A DNA stretch of 64,000 bases from an uncultured Pseudomonadota bacterium (lineage in GTDB: Bacteria > Vulcanimicrobiota > Vulcanimicrobiia > Eremiobacterales > Eremiobacteraceae). This document shows, piece after piece, positions 46,330 through 57,237 of the stretch. Each line of letters begins with the position of its first letter. Within the stretch, counting starts at the first letter, position 1. Below the pieces are notes generated by a model. The model was not told the origin of the DNA. It ran no database searches and saw only the letters and a program-made list of their open reading frames with translations. The translations under genes were made by a program, and so were the position numbers. The stretch lies in the NCBI GenBank assembly GCA_963736005.1, contig CAVTNB010000001.1:1568001-1632000 (forward strand), given 5' to 3'.

Positions 46330-47313
46330 TTAGGGTTTTTGCACTTGGCTGGGAGTCATCCGAGCTTCGAATGACGCGGGTTTAACGATCGCTTTACTCA
46401 CAGCTGGGGTAAGCACCGTTCTTACGCCCAAGTATCGGCCGATAATAACAGGTTTCAATGCCGCCCATGCTGACTGACTCATTGCCGCTAGTCTCACGCA
46501 CTGAGCGGCACCCGGCAGACCTCTGTGGCCGATAAGGACAGACCAAACGAGGAAAAGGGCCCATCGCCACCGCGGCAGATATTCTAAAATACCGACCGTT
46601 TCGTTATGCGCTTCGTTCTTCACGGCTTCAAGTGACCTGTCCAGGCGCGCGTCGTCGTCGAAGCGCTCTGCGCTGAAGTGGTCCACAGCAACGGCGGGAT
46701 CGTACAGTATTCGCCAACCGATCCGCCGGAGTCGAAGAGAAAAACACATTTCATTGTGCACTTGCGCACCAAAGCCAAGCAGCCGGCTGTCGAACCGAAG
46801 AGATCCTATAGCGCTCACCCGATAACTCATGTTGACCCCTTTTAGCACATCGACGTAACGGGCCGGTCCAACGCCGCGATGGTGATTGCCGATGCGCCGC
46901 CCGAACCACTGGATTTTGCCAACAACCGAACTATCGCGATAGACGTGGCCATTTTGAAGATAGTCGCGTCCACCAACGCCCGCGACGTTTGGGGCGGCCA
47001 CGAAATGCTGCTCGATGCGCTGCAGCCAATCGGGATGTGGTGCCGCATCGTCATCAGTTATGGCGACGACCTCACCGTCCACGCGACCGAGTCCTACGTT
47101 TAGTGCGGCAACCTGCCCTTGCACGGTGACTGTCACAACCTCCAAGGGTAACCGAAAAGAAAAATGTGTGAAGAGTTCTTGCGTTTCCACGTCGGACTCT
47201 CGCACAACGACGAGCACTTGGTCTGCGCCACGCGTTTGCCGTTCCAATGCGTGAAGACATCTTGCCAAGTATGCAGGCCGCCGATATGTCGGTACCAGCA
47301 CCGTGAGTTTCAC
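46330..47313 (-). CDS. GT2 glycosyltransferase
   Basis: VLVPTYRR, ITDDDA, GVNMSYR. Confidence 0.9.
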   Translation of the reverse strand: MKLTVLVPTYRRPAYLARCLHALERQTRGADQVLVVVRESDVETQELFTHFSFRLPLEVVTVTVQGQVAALNVGLGRVDGEVVAITDDDAAPHPDWLQRIEQHFVAAPNVAGVGGRDYLQNGHVYRDSSVVGKIQWFGRRIGNHHRGVGPARYVDVLKGVNMSYRVSAIGSLRFDSRLLGFGAQVHNEMCFSLRLRRIGWRILYDPAVAVDHFSAERFDDDARLDRSLEAVKNEAHNETVGILEYLPRWRWALFLVWSVLIGHRGLPGAAQCVRLAAMSQSAWAALKPVIIGRYLGVRTVLTPAVSKAIVKPASFEARMTPSQVQKP

Positions 47314-48488
47314 AAGATTTCTCCATACACAGACTTCACTTGCCTCGCAATGATCGGCCAGCTGAAATGCTCGCGGGCGTAGGCTACGCACGCATCAGCC
47401 GAAGGCAGCGATAAGGTACCCGATAGGGCTGCGCGCAAGCCCCGAGCGATAGCTGCTGAGCTAGCGTCTTCGAAAATGAGATCCCGGGAGAGTCCGGAGA
47501 CGACTTCTGGAAGGCCGCCGATCGGTGTGACAAGCGCAGGCGTGCCGCATGCAAGCGACTCAGCAACGACTAAGCCGAACCCTTCAAGCGCCATGCTTGG
47601 AACGACCGAAATATCGGCAGCGCGATAGTACAGCGGAAGCTCTGCTTCGGGCACCCTGCCGGTAAAAATGATGGAATCAGCGAGCTCGCACTCCTGTGCT
47701 TGTTGTTTGAGCGCATCAGCGAGGTGCCCGCTACCGACGATGACCAAAACAGCTCCGGCATTGGCTTTCCTGAGGTGAGAGAAACTCGCAATGAGGTTCT
47801 CCAGACCCATGCGTTTCGCAAGTCGCCTTACAGCCACGATGACCGGCCGATCCAGCGGCAAACCAAGGCGAATGCGCGCGTCGGGCCGCGAGGGCGACGG
47901 ATTGAACGTCTCCACATCCACGCCGCCCGGAATCACCCGGATCTTTTCGAGCGGAACGCCATACGCTTGATGCAGAATATCTCTGAATGCACGCGTGAGC
48001 ACGATGGCCCTTTCGGCGCGCGCGTACACCAATTTTTCAATGACGAATTGACTCGACGTAACGAGCGGGGAGCCACCCTCGAGCCGAGATTCCGCGGCCC
48101 ACGGCCCTTGGAAATGAACGATCATGGGGAGATGGTTGAGCAGATTGAGACAGGCAAAAGTAAAAAGCGGGAAATGCGAGGCTACAATATCTACCCGATT
48201 TCTTGCGAGGATTTCGCCGACCGCCGAACGCGCCGCGCATAGACGCTCCTTGAGCGACGCATTGTTTGCGCAGATGATGCGGATCCCGTCGCAGCGTGGT
48301 TCCGTTATGACGCTTCGGCCGGTCACAATGCCGTGAACGGTCATGCGCTCCAACTTGAAATAATCGACGAGCGTCGAAAAGAAACGGCTGGAGCCTCCTC
48401 CGATACCATCGGGGAACCACTCTAACCCAATTTGAAGAGTTGACATAGTCGCGGCTTCGTCAATCGTCGCCGCGGAGAGTGTCTGCAT
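47310..48488 (-). CDS. GT4 glycosyltransferase
   Basis: VRRLAKRMG, EGFGLVVAESLACG. Confidence 0.9.
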   Translation of the reverse strand: MQTLSAATIDEAATMSTLQIGLEWFPDGIGGGSSRFFSTLVDYFKLERMTVHGIVTGRSVITEPRCDGIRIICANNASLKERLCAARSAVGEILARNRVDIVASHFPLFTFACLNLLNHLPMIVHFQGPWAAESRLEGGSPLVTSSQFVIEKLVYARAERAIVLTRAFRDILHQAYGVPLEKIRVIPGGVDVETFNPSPSRPDARIRLGLPLDRPVIVAVRRLAKRMGLENLIASFSHLRKANAGAVLVIVGSGHLADALKQQAQECELADSIIFTGRVPEAELPLYYRAADISVVPSMALEGFGLVVAESLACGTPALVTPIGGLPEVVSGLSRDLIFEDASSAAIARGLRAALSGTLSLPSADACVAYAREHFSWPIIARQVKSVYGEIL

Positions 48489-48663
48489 GCGCGTTTTATT
48501 GTAGCGCGATTGCGCCAAGCTCCCATCCCTAACGCTAGGGACCGAGAGCATAACAACGCTAACACCGTTGTGCTCTTACCGATAAATCCCGGCGGGTAGG
48601 GATGATTACAAAATCATCCCGATGGTAGTATGTAGTCGCCAATCACGCACGGACGGTTGTAAA

Positions 48664-49812
48664 ATGCGACTTCTCGCGGAGATTCGAACACTGGTGGTTC
48701 GTAGATTATTTGTTGTGAGCATGCCAGCGCTCATCGTTGCCCTATGCTTGTGTGCGTTGCCCGCATTGGCGCAGCTTCATCCCGGCGATACTGTCGCGAT
48801 CACCGTCTACAACCATCCCGACTTATCCGCGCAGGTCGCCGTGGACGGCTCAGGATATATTTCGTTGCCTCTTGCAGGCACTATCGATGCGCGCAACGCC
48901 GAACCCGAGGAACTCGCGCGGCGAGTTCGCGTGGCTCTGTCGCGCTATATCCCCAAGGTCGCGGTGGGTGTACAGATAGTCTCTCGCAATCAAGCCGTTT
49001 TCGTCTCAGGGGGCCCGGGGGGCGTGCTGCCATACACGCCGGGGGAAACACTGGCTGCCGCGCTCGCGCAATTACAATCACCGCAGGGATCAACTCCGAA
49101 CACGACTTCCACCACGCCGGCAAATCTAGCGACTCACGATCTCTCGCATGGCCGCGTCGATTTGCACCGGGTGACTATCCTGCGCGACGACCACGTCCTG
49201 GGGCCTATCGATATTCAGGTGCTTGAGGCGAACGGTGGCTCAGGTCCCGCACTCTTAGCCGGAGACACGATCCGGCTCGTAGACAAAACCATCCGGGTAG
49301 ACGTTCGCGGCGAGGTGCGCGAACCCGGGGTTGCCTATTTGGATGCCGATGAGCCGCTCACCGATGCGGTGCTTCAAGTCGGTGGCTATCTGCCCACGTC
49401 CGCATCGTCAAACTTTACGCTGCAGCGGGGAGATCGACAACAATACGTGACCGCAGGCGGACCCGAGCTTTCGGAACCGGCGCAGAATGGCGACGTTCTC
49501 ACAATCCCACGAGCGCCACGCATTGGTGTCCTGGGCGCGGTGCTGCACCCTGGGGACGTTGTCCTCACTGGGGATACTTCGCTCCTTAGTGCTCTGTACG
49601 ACGCGGGCGGACCGGTGAAGTACGCAAACATTTCTCGGATACTGGTTTTCCATGCGGGGGCGCAGAGCTCGTACGATATTACGGCGCTGACCCACGGGTC
49701 GGTGCAGAATAATCCGAGTTTAGAAGACGGAGATACGGTGTTCGTTCCCGAGGGGCACAAAATTGATTTCGGCATGGTTTGGCAAGCCCTCGCTGCCATG
49801 ATCCGCCTCTAA
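48664..49812 (+). CDS. Polysaccharide export protein (Wza/SLBB)
   Basis: LHPGD..I.V, VDGSGYISLPLAG, SLBB repeats. Confidence 0.88.
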   Translation: MRLLAEIRTLVVRRLFVVSMPALIVALCLCALPALAQLHPGDTVAITVYNHPDLSAQVAVDGSGYISLPLAGTIDARNAEPEELARRVRVALSRYIPKVAVGVQIVSRNQAVFVSGGPGGVLPYTPGETLAAALAQLQSPQGSTPNTTSTTPANLATHDLSHGRVDLHRVTILRDDHVLGPIDIQVLEANGGSGPALLAGDTIRLVDKTIRVDVRGEVREPGVAYLDADEPLTDAVLQVGGYLPTSASSNFTLQRGDRQQYVTAGGPELSEPAQNGDVLTIPRAPRIGVLGAVLHPGDVVLTGDTSLLSALYDAGGPVKYANISRILVFHAGAQSSYDITALTHGSVQNNPSLEDGDTVFVPEGHKIDFGMVWQALAAMIRL

Positions 49813-49819
49813 TACCGCA

Positions 49820-50527
49820 ATGCTCCTTGTGCAAGAGTCCTCTGCATTACGGATGATCGATGCCGGAGAAGGGCACTTGATCTATGGCCTGCTGCCGTCG
49901 CGCGTCGCCATACCGTCGGTTCCGCGGGCGTGGCACGTTTACAAACGTATAACCGATGTCAGCATGGCGCTTGGACTGCTCATCCTCACCGCGCCCGCCA
50001 TTATCGCCGCCGCAATAGCGATAGTCCTTGTGTCGAGGGGATCCCCTATCTTTTCACAAGCGCGCGTGGGTAAGGACGGCAGAATTTTCAAAATGTATAA
50101 GTTGCGGACTATGTTCCACGGCGCCCATCTGCTGCACGACAAAATGCGCGCGCTCAATAGCGTGAACGGCCCCGTCTTGAAAATAAAGAATGACCCACGG
50201 GTTATTCCCATAGGCTCGTTCCTCCGCCGCTATAGCATCGATGAACTACCGAATCTATGGAATGTCTTGCTTGGCGAAATGTCGCTCGTCGGGCCACGAC
50301 CGCCCTTGCCAAGCGAAGTTGCAAATTACGACGTTCGCGCATTCCGCCGGTTGACACTGAAGCCGGGTGTCACGTGCCTCTGGCAGATCTCGGGTCGCTC
50401 AGATCTTTCTTTTGATCAGTGGATTGACCTTGATAACCGCTACATCGACAACTGGTCGCCTTTTCTGGACCTGCAGATTATTGCCGCAACCGTGCCGGCG
50501 GTTCTGAAAGCTCGGGGTGCATACTAA
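49820..50527 (+). CDS. Priming phosphoglycosyl transferase (WcaJ/WbaP C-terminal type)
   Basis: KLRTM, DPRV, SIDELP, MSLVGPRP, KPGVT. Confidence 0.93.
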   Translation: MLLVQESSALRMIDAGEGHLIYGLLPSRVAIPSVPRAWHVYKRITDVSMALGLLILTAPAIIAAAIAIVLVSRGSPIFSQARVGKDGRIFKMYKLRTMFHGAHLLHDKMRALNSVNGPVLKIKNDPRVIPIGSFLRRYSIDELPNLWNVLLGEMSLVGPRPPLPSEVANYDVRAFRRLTLKPGVTCLWQISGRSDLSFDQWIDLDNRYIDNWSPFLDLQIIAATVPAVLKARGAY

Positions 50528-51675
50528 TGAGAGCGAGCGAGCCCCGAATCGCTATCGTAAGCGACGCGATGACACAACGCGGTGGTGCTGAGAGAGTTGT
50601 GGAGGCGCTCGCAGAGCTGTTCCCCGATGCGCCGATTTTTCCCATTCTTTATTCCGCACAGACGGGACCGCGGTCGCTGCAGTCGCGTGTACGCCCCTCG
50701 TTTTTGAATGCGCTCCCTGGAGCTCAACGGCACCACCGTTGGTACTTTCCGTTGTTTCCGCTTGCCGTTGAGAGCTTCGACCTCAGCGGCTACGATATCA
50801 TTATCTCTTCGCACCACTGCGCCGCAAAGGGCGTCCTCCGCAGCGGGTGCCAGACCCACATCTGCTACTGCCATTCGCCAATGCGCGCGTTGTGGGAGCG
50901 AACGCACGAGGAAGTCAACACGCTGCCCTCACCGATGCGCCTTGGGGCCGACATTATGCTTTCTCGCATGCGCCAGTGGGATTACATTGCCGCTTCGCGC
51001 GTGGACCGCTTCATTGCGAACAGCTTCGAAACGCGCAATCGCATCGCAAAACATTACGGTCGTGAAAGCACAGTCGTCAATCCACCCATCGATGTGGAGA
51101 AATTCAAGCCGCTAGGAAGGGTGGGAAACCCAGGAACCTATTATATCGTGGCGTCGCGACCGGTCCCATACAAGCGAATTGACATCGCGGTCGGCGCTGC
51201 CAGAAAACTTCGTCGAAGATTGGTCGTCGTAGGCGGTCAAAAGCCAGACCACGCGGCAGATGATGGATGCGTTCAGTTTCTCGGCCATGTTTCGGACCAG
51301 CGTCTGGTGGAACTTATTCGTGGTGCTCGCGCGATGATTGCTCCCCAGCATGAGGACTTCGGGATGGCCCTTCTCGAGGCCAATGCATGCGGACGACCCG
51401 TCATTTCCTTAGCGCGCGGCGGCGCTGTGGAGACGGTCATTGATGGAACAACAGGAGTTCTGGTCAAGGAGCAAAGCGTCGACGCGTTTGCCGCAGCGCT
51501 AGAGCGTTTCGAGCTCATGAGCTTCGATCCGCACGCAATCCGGCGCCACGCCGAGAGGTTTAGCAAGAGCTCCTTCATGCAGGCGTTCGAGAACATTGTC
51601 TATGCCGCGCACGAACAGTCCGCGTTTTATTGGCAATTTCCGAATGCTCCTCTGGCCGTTAGAGCCGGCGTGTAA
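50527..51675 (+). CDS. GT4 glycosyltransferase (WbaZ-like)
   Basis: RGGAERV, YCHSPMR, EDFGMALLEANACG. Confidence 0.9.
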   Translation: MRASEPRIAIVSDAMTQRGGAERVVEALAELFPDAPIFPILYSAQTGPRSLQSRVRPSFLNALPGAQRHHRWYFPLFPLAVESFDLSGYDIIISSHHCAAKGVLRSGCQTHICYCHSPMRALWERTHEEVNTLPSPMRLGADIMLSRMRQWDYIAASRVDRFIANSFETRNRIAKHYGRESTVVNPPIDVEKFKPLGRVGNPGTYYIVASRPVPYKRIDIAVGAARKLRRRLVVVGGQKPDHAADDGCVQFLGHVSDQRLVELIRGARAMIAPQHEDFGMALLEANACGRPVISLARGGAVETVIDGTTGVLVKEQSVDAFAAALERFELMSFDPHAIRRHAERFSKSSFMQAFENIVYAAHEQSAFYWQFPNAPLAVRAGV

Positions 51676-51696
51676 AACCAGGCGGGGACAATTCCT

Positions 51697-53049
51697 ATGG
51701 AAATCAGATCAGTTTTGCAGACACTTTGGCACCAGCGGTCGGCCATTGCGATGGTGCTTGCAGTTGGTGTCGCTGTTGCGTTGGCTGCCGACATGCGCGT
51801 GCAGCCCACATACACGGCGACTGCCTCCGTGTTGATGGTGCCGGGTACCAACGAGAGCGACGGCGCTCCAACGACGACGACAAAGCCGTTGCTCTCTGAC
51901 GACCTTCCAATGCTTGCGCAAACCAACACCGTACTGGATCGAGTGTCGCGCGACATGGGGAGCTCCGTCGGTCCGGAATCACTGTATCGTCGCATTCGGA
52001 CGGATGTTTATCAAAACTCGAACGTCATGACGATCCGGTTTGCCGATGCTAGCGCGCAGCAAGCGGTGAGGGGAGCCAACGCGGTCGCCGACGAGGTAGT
52101 GCACTACTATCGCGAAATAGCGACGAGTCGTTTCGATTCGCTCGCCGCGGATATCAAACAGCAAATCGCAGGCCGACAGCAGGAGCTACAAACCATCGAT
52201 GCGGCGCTGAAAAAGTCGACGGCAGCCTACCCGTATATTGAGGATGGAGCCGGTTCGAGCGACGCCACATCAATGAATGCGCGCCTTATCCATTTGCTGG
52301 CCGAACGCGATGAGCTCTTGGCAACGTTGTCCGGTGATGCCGCTCAAGCTGACGTCACGGATCAGCGCACGAGCGAGGTCACTCCCCTTGCGCGTCAACA
52401 AGCGGCCAATGATGATCCAATGTATCGAAATGTACGGGAGCAGTACGGCAGAGACGCGACACAGCTTCGTCTCGATCAGACGCGATTTTCATCCAACTAT
52501 CCCGGACTCGCCGAACTCCAAGACATAGTCAACCGTGAGCAGGCGCGGCTTTTCGGCGATGAGCACAGACTTGCAGCACAGTCGCTTTCAGGAACACAGC
52601 CGTATGCTGACGCACTGGCCGAACAAAACCATGCCCACTCCCTTGTCGCAAATGATCGAGCGAAGCTTCAACAGCTTCAGAGTACGATTGTCGCATTGCA
52701 AGCCCAGCTTGGGAAAGCATCATCGCGCGGCACGGAAGTGGAAGCCTTACGCCGCCAGCGTGCATCGGCCGAAAGCGCCTATCAGCTCCTTTCGACACGC
52801 TTGATTACGGCGCTCGCCGACCGAGCAGCCGCCGCCTCAACAGGCTCGCTGATGGTCTTCGATCGCGCATCGTACGCGGGGCGCTCGCCCTATACCCGAC
52901 CTGCGGTGATAACAACGGCGGTAATGATCGTCACGCTATGGATAGCGATCACGCTTGCCTTCCTTCTCGAGGCGCTCGATCGTCGATTCCGTACGCCCGC
53001 AACTATTGAAAGTGTTTATGGTTCTCCAGTTCTTGGAGTCGTAGGGTAA
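51697..53049 (+). CDS. Polysaccharide co-polymerase (Wzz/GumC-like)
   Basis: Two TM helices flanking a coiled coil; PTYTATA; PVLG. Confidence 0.85.
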   Translation: MEIRSVLQTLWHQRSAIAMVLAVGVAVALAADMRVQPTYTATASVLMVPGTNESDGAPTTTTKPLLSDDLPMLAQTNTVLDRVSRDMGSSVGPESLYRRIRTDVYQNSNVMTIRFADASAQQAVRGANAVADEVVHYYREIATSRFDSLAADIKQQIAGRQQELQTIDAALKKSTAAYPYIEDGAGSSDATSMNARLIHLLAERDELLATLSGDAAQADVTDQRTSEVTPLARQQAANDDPMYRNVREQYGRDATQLRLDQTRFSSNYPGLAELQDIVNREQARLFGDEHRLAAQSLSGTQPYADALAEQNHAHSLVANDRAKLQQLQSTIVALQAQLGKASSRGTEVEALRRQRASAESAYQLLSTRLITALADRAAAASTGSLMVFDRASYAGRSPYTRPAVITTAVMIVTLWIAITLAFLLEALDRRFRTPATIESVYGSPVLGVVG

Positions 53050-53061
53050 GGAGTACTCATC

Positions 53062-53934
53062 ATGGCCAATAATGATCAGTCCTACCAATCGCTGCGCGTC
53101 ATGCTCGATGCCAAATTGCCCAATACGGCTATGGTCGTCGTCTCATCGGCTTGTGGTGAAGATGGCCAAGCAGAGTTGGCGCATGGCCTTGCGCATGCGT
53201 TCATTGATTCGGGCCGGAAAACTGCGCTCATCAGCCTTTACAGTCCTGGTGACGCTCGCTCGCGCTGTATGACCGATCTCGATCCTCGCACTTTCGCCGG
53301 TCACTTTTTTCAAGCTCCACTCACACCCATTGCATTGGATTCCCTCGTTGCCGATGTGCGAGCCGAACACGAAATCGTGATCGTAGCCAGTCCCCCCATA
53401 ATCACAGAAAGCGCGTCGCTGCATTTGTGTCGGATCGCCGATGGTGTGCTGCTTGCCGTGCGACTGGGCCGAAAAGTGACGGCCGACGATGAGAACACCG
53501 TGGCGCAGCTGCAACGTGTCGCAGCGACGCTCCTAGGAGTCATCGCGGTTCGCCCGCCAGCGGAAAGAGCCACGGAATCTCCCGACATCGCCATCGCCCG
53601 AGACAAAGATCTCGAAACCGCACCAATGCTCAAGGTTCGCGCCTGGATTGCGACCGCGTTGCGATCACCGATTCTCGCGCGCCACTGGTTTATCGACCGT
53701 ATCAACGCCCGTAATGGTGAAGCCGGGCATGTATCGCTCGGAATGTTTCGTTTGTGGCCATCGCGCAGCTTCAATCGATCGCGGGAATCATCTCCGCCGC
53801 CAACGACAGAACCTTTTCCGCTACCCGAGCTGCACCAAGCTCCTCCTATCGCTATGGAGATTCCTAGTTTGCCTCTACCCCCCTACTATACCAATCTCTT
53901 GGATGAATGCGACCGCAGCGCACGCGCAGGGTAA
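53062..53934 (+). CDS. CpsD/CapB BY-kinase-like protein with degenerate Walker A
   Basis: SYQSLR, SSACGEDGQAE, IVIVASPP, ADGVLL. Confidence 0.7.
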   Translation: MANNDQSYQSLRVMLDAKLPNTAMVVVSSACGEDGQAELAHGLAHAFIDSGRKTALISLYSPGDARSRCMTDLDPRTFAGHFFQAPLTPIALDSLVADVRAEHEIVIVASPPIITESASLHLCRIADGVLLAVRLGRKVTADDENTVAQLQRVAATLLGVIAVRPPAERATESPDIAIARDKDLETAPMLKVRAWIATALRSPILARHWFIDRINARNGEAGHVSLGMFRLWPSRSFNRSRESSPPPTTEPFPLPELHQAPPIAMEIPSLPLPPYYTNLLDECDRSARAG

Positions 53935-53967
53935 GATACAAAGCCACTGAGCGAAAGTAATCACGTC

Positions 53968-55335
53968 ATGACGAACCACACAAATTTGAAATCACGTGCC
54001 ATGTGGTGGTACTGCAGCGCCATTTTGGTCTTTTGGGTGGTTTATCCAGAGATTCGGCGGCTGCTGGATTGGCGCGCTGGGTTTCATGCCTCTCAGATCC
54101 TGGATATTGTGCCGTTGCTCGGCATGGCTGTCTTTGCGCTGGCACTGACGTTTCGCGGACCCATCGTTGTATCGCCGCGCATAGTTCTGCTCTCGTGGAT
54201 TTGGATAGGCAGCTTCGTCTATGCGGGGGTGATTGGGTTGCTTTTGGGGCACGGCTCATCCTCGTTGTACGACTTCTTGCAGTTTGTGGCACCCGTGGTC
54301 ATCGCACTATGGCTTGCGTCCAGCACCCACGCCTTTGCGCACGCGTTCGAACGGTTGTCCACACTCATTCTATGGATCGCCGTCGCCGTGAGCATATATG
54401 GAATTTTTCAATTTGCAGCTTTGCCACCGTGGGACGCCGCCTGGGTGAGGGACGTCGCCACCATCCGCCACATGGTCACCAATGGAGGGTCGCAGCCGTT
54501 TGAGGTACGCGTATTCAGCGTGCTCAATTCCGCCGGACCGTGCGCAAGTTTTCTCGCGGTAGCAATCGCTCTGAATCTTTACCGATTGAAAGATAAACAG
54601 GTCGTTCCGCTGGTTGGTATGGCGTTGTGCGTCGTTACGCTGATGTTAACGCTGGAACGTTCAGCCTGGATCTCGTTGGCGGTTGCCATCGCCGTGTATT
54701 TGCTCTTCAGCCCAAACGCGTGGCGCACGGCCTCCGTAGGGCTCGCCTGCGGCATTAGCGTGGCAGCGTTCTTTTGGCTCACATCTCCTTGGGTGACTTC
54801 GCACACCGGCCAAAATAGCATCGCCGAACGCTTCGGCACCTTTAGTCAGCTCGATAGGGATTCTTCGCTAAACGCTCGTGTGGCGTCAACGACCGACCTA
54901 TTGAGCGACGGCATAACATACCCCATGGGAGAGGGTCTGGGGATCATCGGTGCGGCAGCGCAGCTCACAAGCTTTACGGAATCGATCAATGCGATAGACG
55001 GTGGATTGCAAGCGCGCTTTGCCGAGATGGGCTTCGCCGGATTCATCGGGTACATCGCGACCTTACTGCTGGCGTTGACTTTCGTGCTCGCGAGGTGGAG
55101 ACAAGCGAGACGGTCGGGAAACCATACCGAATGCGCTGCTTTTGCTGCGCTTCTCGCGGTTCAGATGATGCTGATCGTGTTGGATTTTTCCATCGACTCC
55201 CATACCGGTTTGCTAGGCGCGTTGTTCTGGCTGACTGTGGGAATTTCGTTGTCGCGCCAAAATGCTCCGGCCAAAGAGGTTGCCGGCGAGGCAACCTTTA
55301 CTCGCCATGTTCCCACGCTGGCTAGCGTCGGTTAA
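53968..55335 (+). CDS. Wzy polymerase / O-antigen ligase family protein
   Basis: RVFSVLN, LTLERSAW, SLNAR, GEGLG; multiple TM helices. Confidence 0.8.
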   Translation: MTNHTNLKSRAMWWYCSAILVFWVVYPEIRRLLDWRAGFHASQILDIVPLLGMAVFALALTFRGPIVVSPRIVLLSWIWIGSFVYAGVIGLLLGHGSSSLYDFLQFVAPVVIALWLASSTHAFAHAFERLSTLILWIAVAVSIYGIFQFAALPPWDAAWVRDVATIRHMVTNGGSQPFEVRVFSVLNSAGPCASFLAVAIALNLYRLKDKQVVPLVGMALCVVTLMLTLERSAWISLAVAIAVYLLFSPNAWRTASVGLACGISVAAFFWLTSPWVTSHTGQNSIAERFGTFSQLDRDSSLNARVASTTDLLSDGITYPMGEGLGIIGAAAQLTSFTESINAIDGGLQARFAEMGFAGFIGYIATLLLALTFVLARWRQARRSGNHTECAAFAALLAVQMMLIVLDFSIDSHTGLLGALFWLTVGISLSRQNAPAKEVAGEATFTRHVPTLASVG

Positions 55336-56552
55336 GTTCGGCCTGCGACTACCGGTATGTTTGTTTCGGCGATCGCTGCACGCGGCGGAAGAGCAGCAGC
55401 CTTGGACCATGTGCGTTTCAAGCTGGCGCGCCGAATGATTTCAAAAAACGCGTTTGCCAGCCGATCGGCATCGTGCCGCTGAGCGTAAACTCTCGCTGCG
55501 GCCCCAGCGCGCCGTAAGGCAACTGGATCGGCCGCGTACGCAACCATCGCCGCCGCAAAGGCGTCGACATTTCCGGCCGGGACGACAGTTCCGGTAACGG
55601 CTGGCAAAACGGCTTCGTTTGCCCCACCCTCGTCGAAACACAACACCGGAACGCCGTACAGGGCAGCCTCGACTGAGGTTCGCCCGAATCCTTCCGCGGA
55701 CGAAGCGTTGCAGAGGAGGTCGCTTGCCGCGTAGGCGACTCTCGGATCATCGAGCCACGGAATGAACGACACGCGTTCCGTGATGCCAAGTTGTGCGGTG
55801 AGTCTTGCGAGTTCGGGTACAAAACCGTGATCCTGTAGAAACGTCGGTGATCCCACGATCGCAAAATGGACGTTGGAGATTTGACTTTCGCACACGCGCG
55901 CTGCAGCGCGGACAAAACAATCTTGGCCCTTTATACGAGCAATACGACCCACAATCGAAAAAATCAACTTCTCGGGCGGAAGGCCGAGCGATGCCTTGGC
56001 CGTTTCCGCCGACGGCGCAGGACCATAAGTAGGGAGATCGAGGGGCGGGACCAACGCCGTCGAGCGCGGGAGCCCAAGGTGGCGTACGACTGCTCGCGAG
56101 CAGCCGATTCGCTCTGTCGCGCAGGTTCGGCTAACGAAACGAATGAGTTTGAGCGTGAAACCGTCCGGGAGTTCTTTTAACCATGTAACGACAGGAATGC
56201 CGCACAAACGCGCGGCGATCGCTCCCGCGATATGTGCCTTCATGCTGTTCGTTACGACAACGTCGACATCAACCAACCTTAACAGCTTCCGCAGGCGGAA
56301 TACTTGCAGGATCCCATCCAACGCGTGGCTCGCATCGATGTCCGCGCGCGACGCGGCCATCAGTCGGCGCGATGCCGGGACGATATGCACAGGAATGTTG
56401 AGGGCCCTCACGCGGTCTGCGTACGCACCCTCTTCAAACAGGAAAACGTAGGGATCTATATCACTTGGTATCCGGCGTAAGTAAGCCTCGAGGCTTCTCT
56501 CCGCCCCGGCTGGCACTCCGCCATAATGATTAATGAAGGCAACTCTTATCAT
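55332..56552 (-). CDS. GT4 glycosyltransferase
   Basis: GAERS, GRIARIKGQ, EGFGRTSVEA. Confidence 0.9.
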   Translation of the reverse strand: MIRVAFINHYGGVPAGAERSLEAYLRRIPSDIDPYVFLFEEGAYADRVRALNIPVHIVPASRRLMAASRADIDASHALDGILQVFRLRKLLRLVDVDVVVTNSMKAHIAGAIAARLCGIPVVTWLKELPDGFTLKLIRFVSRTCATERIGCSRAVVRHLGLPRSTALVPPLDLPTYGPAPSAETAKASLGLPPEKLIFSIVGRIARIKGQDCFVRAAARVCESQISNVHFAIVGSPTFLQDHGFVPELARLTAQLGITERVSFIPWLDDPRVAYAASDLLCNASSAEGFGRTSVEAALYGVPVLCFDEGGANEAVLPAVTGTVVPAGNVDAFAAAMVAYAADPVALRRAGAAARVYAQRHDADRLANAFFEIIRRASLKRTWSKAAALPPRAAIAETNIPVVAGRT

Positions 56553-56607
56553 GTCGGCACGATCAGCGAGTACTGCAGGGGTTCAATGGTAACATGAATG
56601 TGGGTCC

Positions 56608-56637
56608 CATTCACCCCTCACCGGCGGGGATATTGCG
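56608..56637. promoter_or_regulatory. Candidate LuxR-family operator box, repeated at 57480-57509
   Basis: CATTCACCCCTCACCGGCGGGGATATTGCG versus CATTCACCCCCTACCAGTGGGGATATCGCG (25/30 identical). Confidence 0.55.
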
Positions 56638-56652
56638 GACCTTTGCTCTTCT

Positions 56653-57237
56653 CTACGCGTTGCTCCTGAGGGCCGGCTGCCAATTGAAGATCTTTGCCAG
56701 CATGTCTGCGCGATTGCGGGCGTTGGTCTTATTGTTGATGTGCTTGAAATGATCGAAAACCGTCACTTCTGCAATGTGGAGGTCCTCCGCGATTTCAGCT
56801 GCGCTCATACCGTCGAGTATCAAGTCAAGCACCTCTACTTCACGTGGCGTAAGCGAAAACCGTGTTACGGCCTCCTTTAGATCCTCGCGGCGCGCTTCTT
56901 TTTCGAAAAGGATCGCGTAGAAGCTGCCGACCTCTCCTGAGAGCGCGATGACGCGCAGAACGAGCCCGAACACAGGCCCAACCGGCTGCTCAAAAGCTGC
57001 AGCATTCTCACCCCGCCGTCGAATGATTTCAGCAACCGTGTCTCTTAGGGCGTCTGGCAGCATTCTCGGGTCATATGCCTGAAAATGTGTCTTCAACAGT
57101 GCTAGAGCACGTGAGTCGGCAAAGGCGACGTTGAGATCAGCATCTAGAACAATGACGTAAGGCCGAGATCGTCGCTTCAGCAGCGCTTTAAAGAGGTCAT
57201 CCGTTTGATGAGCTGATTGCGCCGCAAGAGAGCCCAT
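56653..57237 (-). CDS. LuxR-family HTH regulator with N-terminal sensor-like domain
   Basis: LTPREVEVL..G.SAAEIA..L.IAEVTV..H. Confidence 0.9.
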   Translation of the reverse strand: MGSLAAQSAHQTDDLFKALLKRRSRPYVIVLDADLNVAFADSRALALLKTHFQAYDPRMLPDALRDTVAEIIRRRGENAAAFEQPVGPVFGLVLRVIALSGEVGSFYAILFEKEARREDLKEAVTRFSLTPREVEVLDLILDGMSAAEIAEDLHIAEVTVFDHFKHINNKTNARNRADMLAKIFNWQPALRSNA

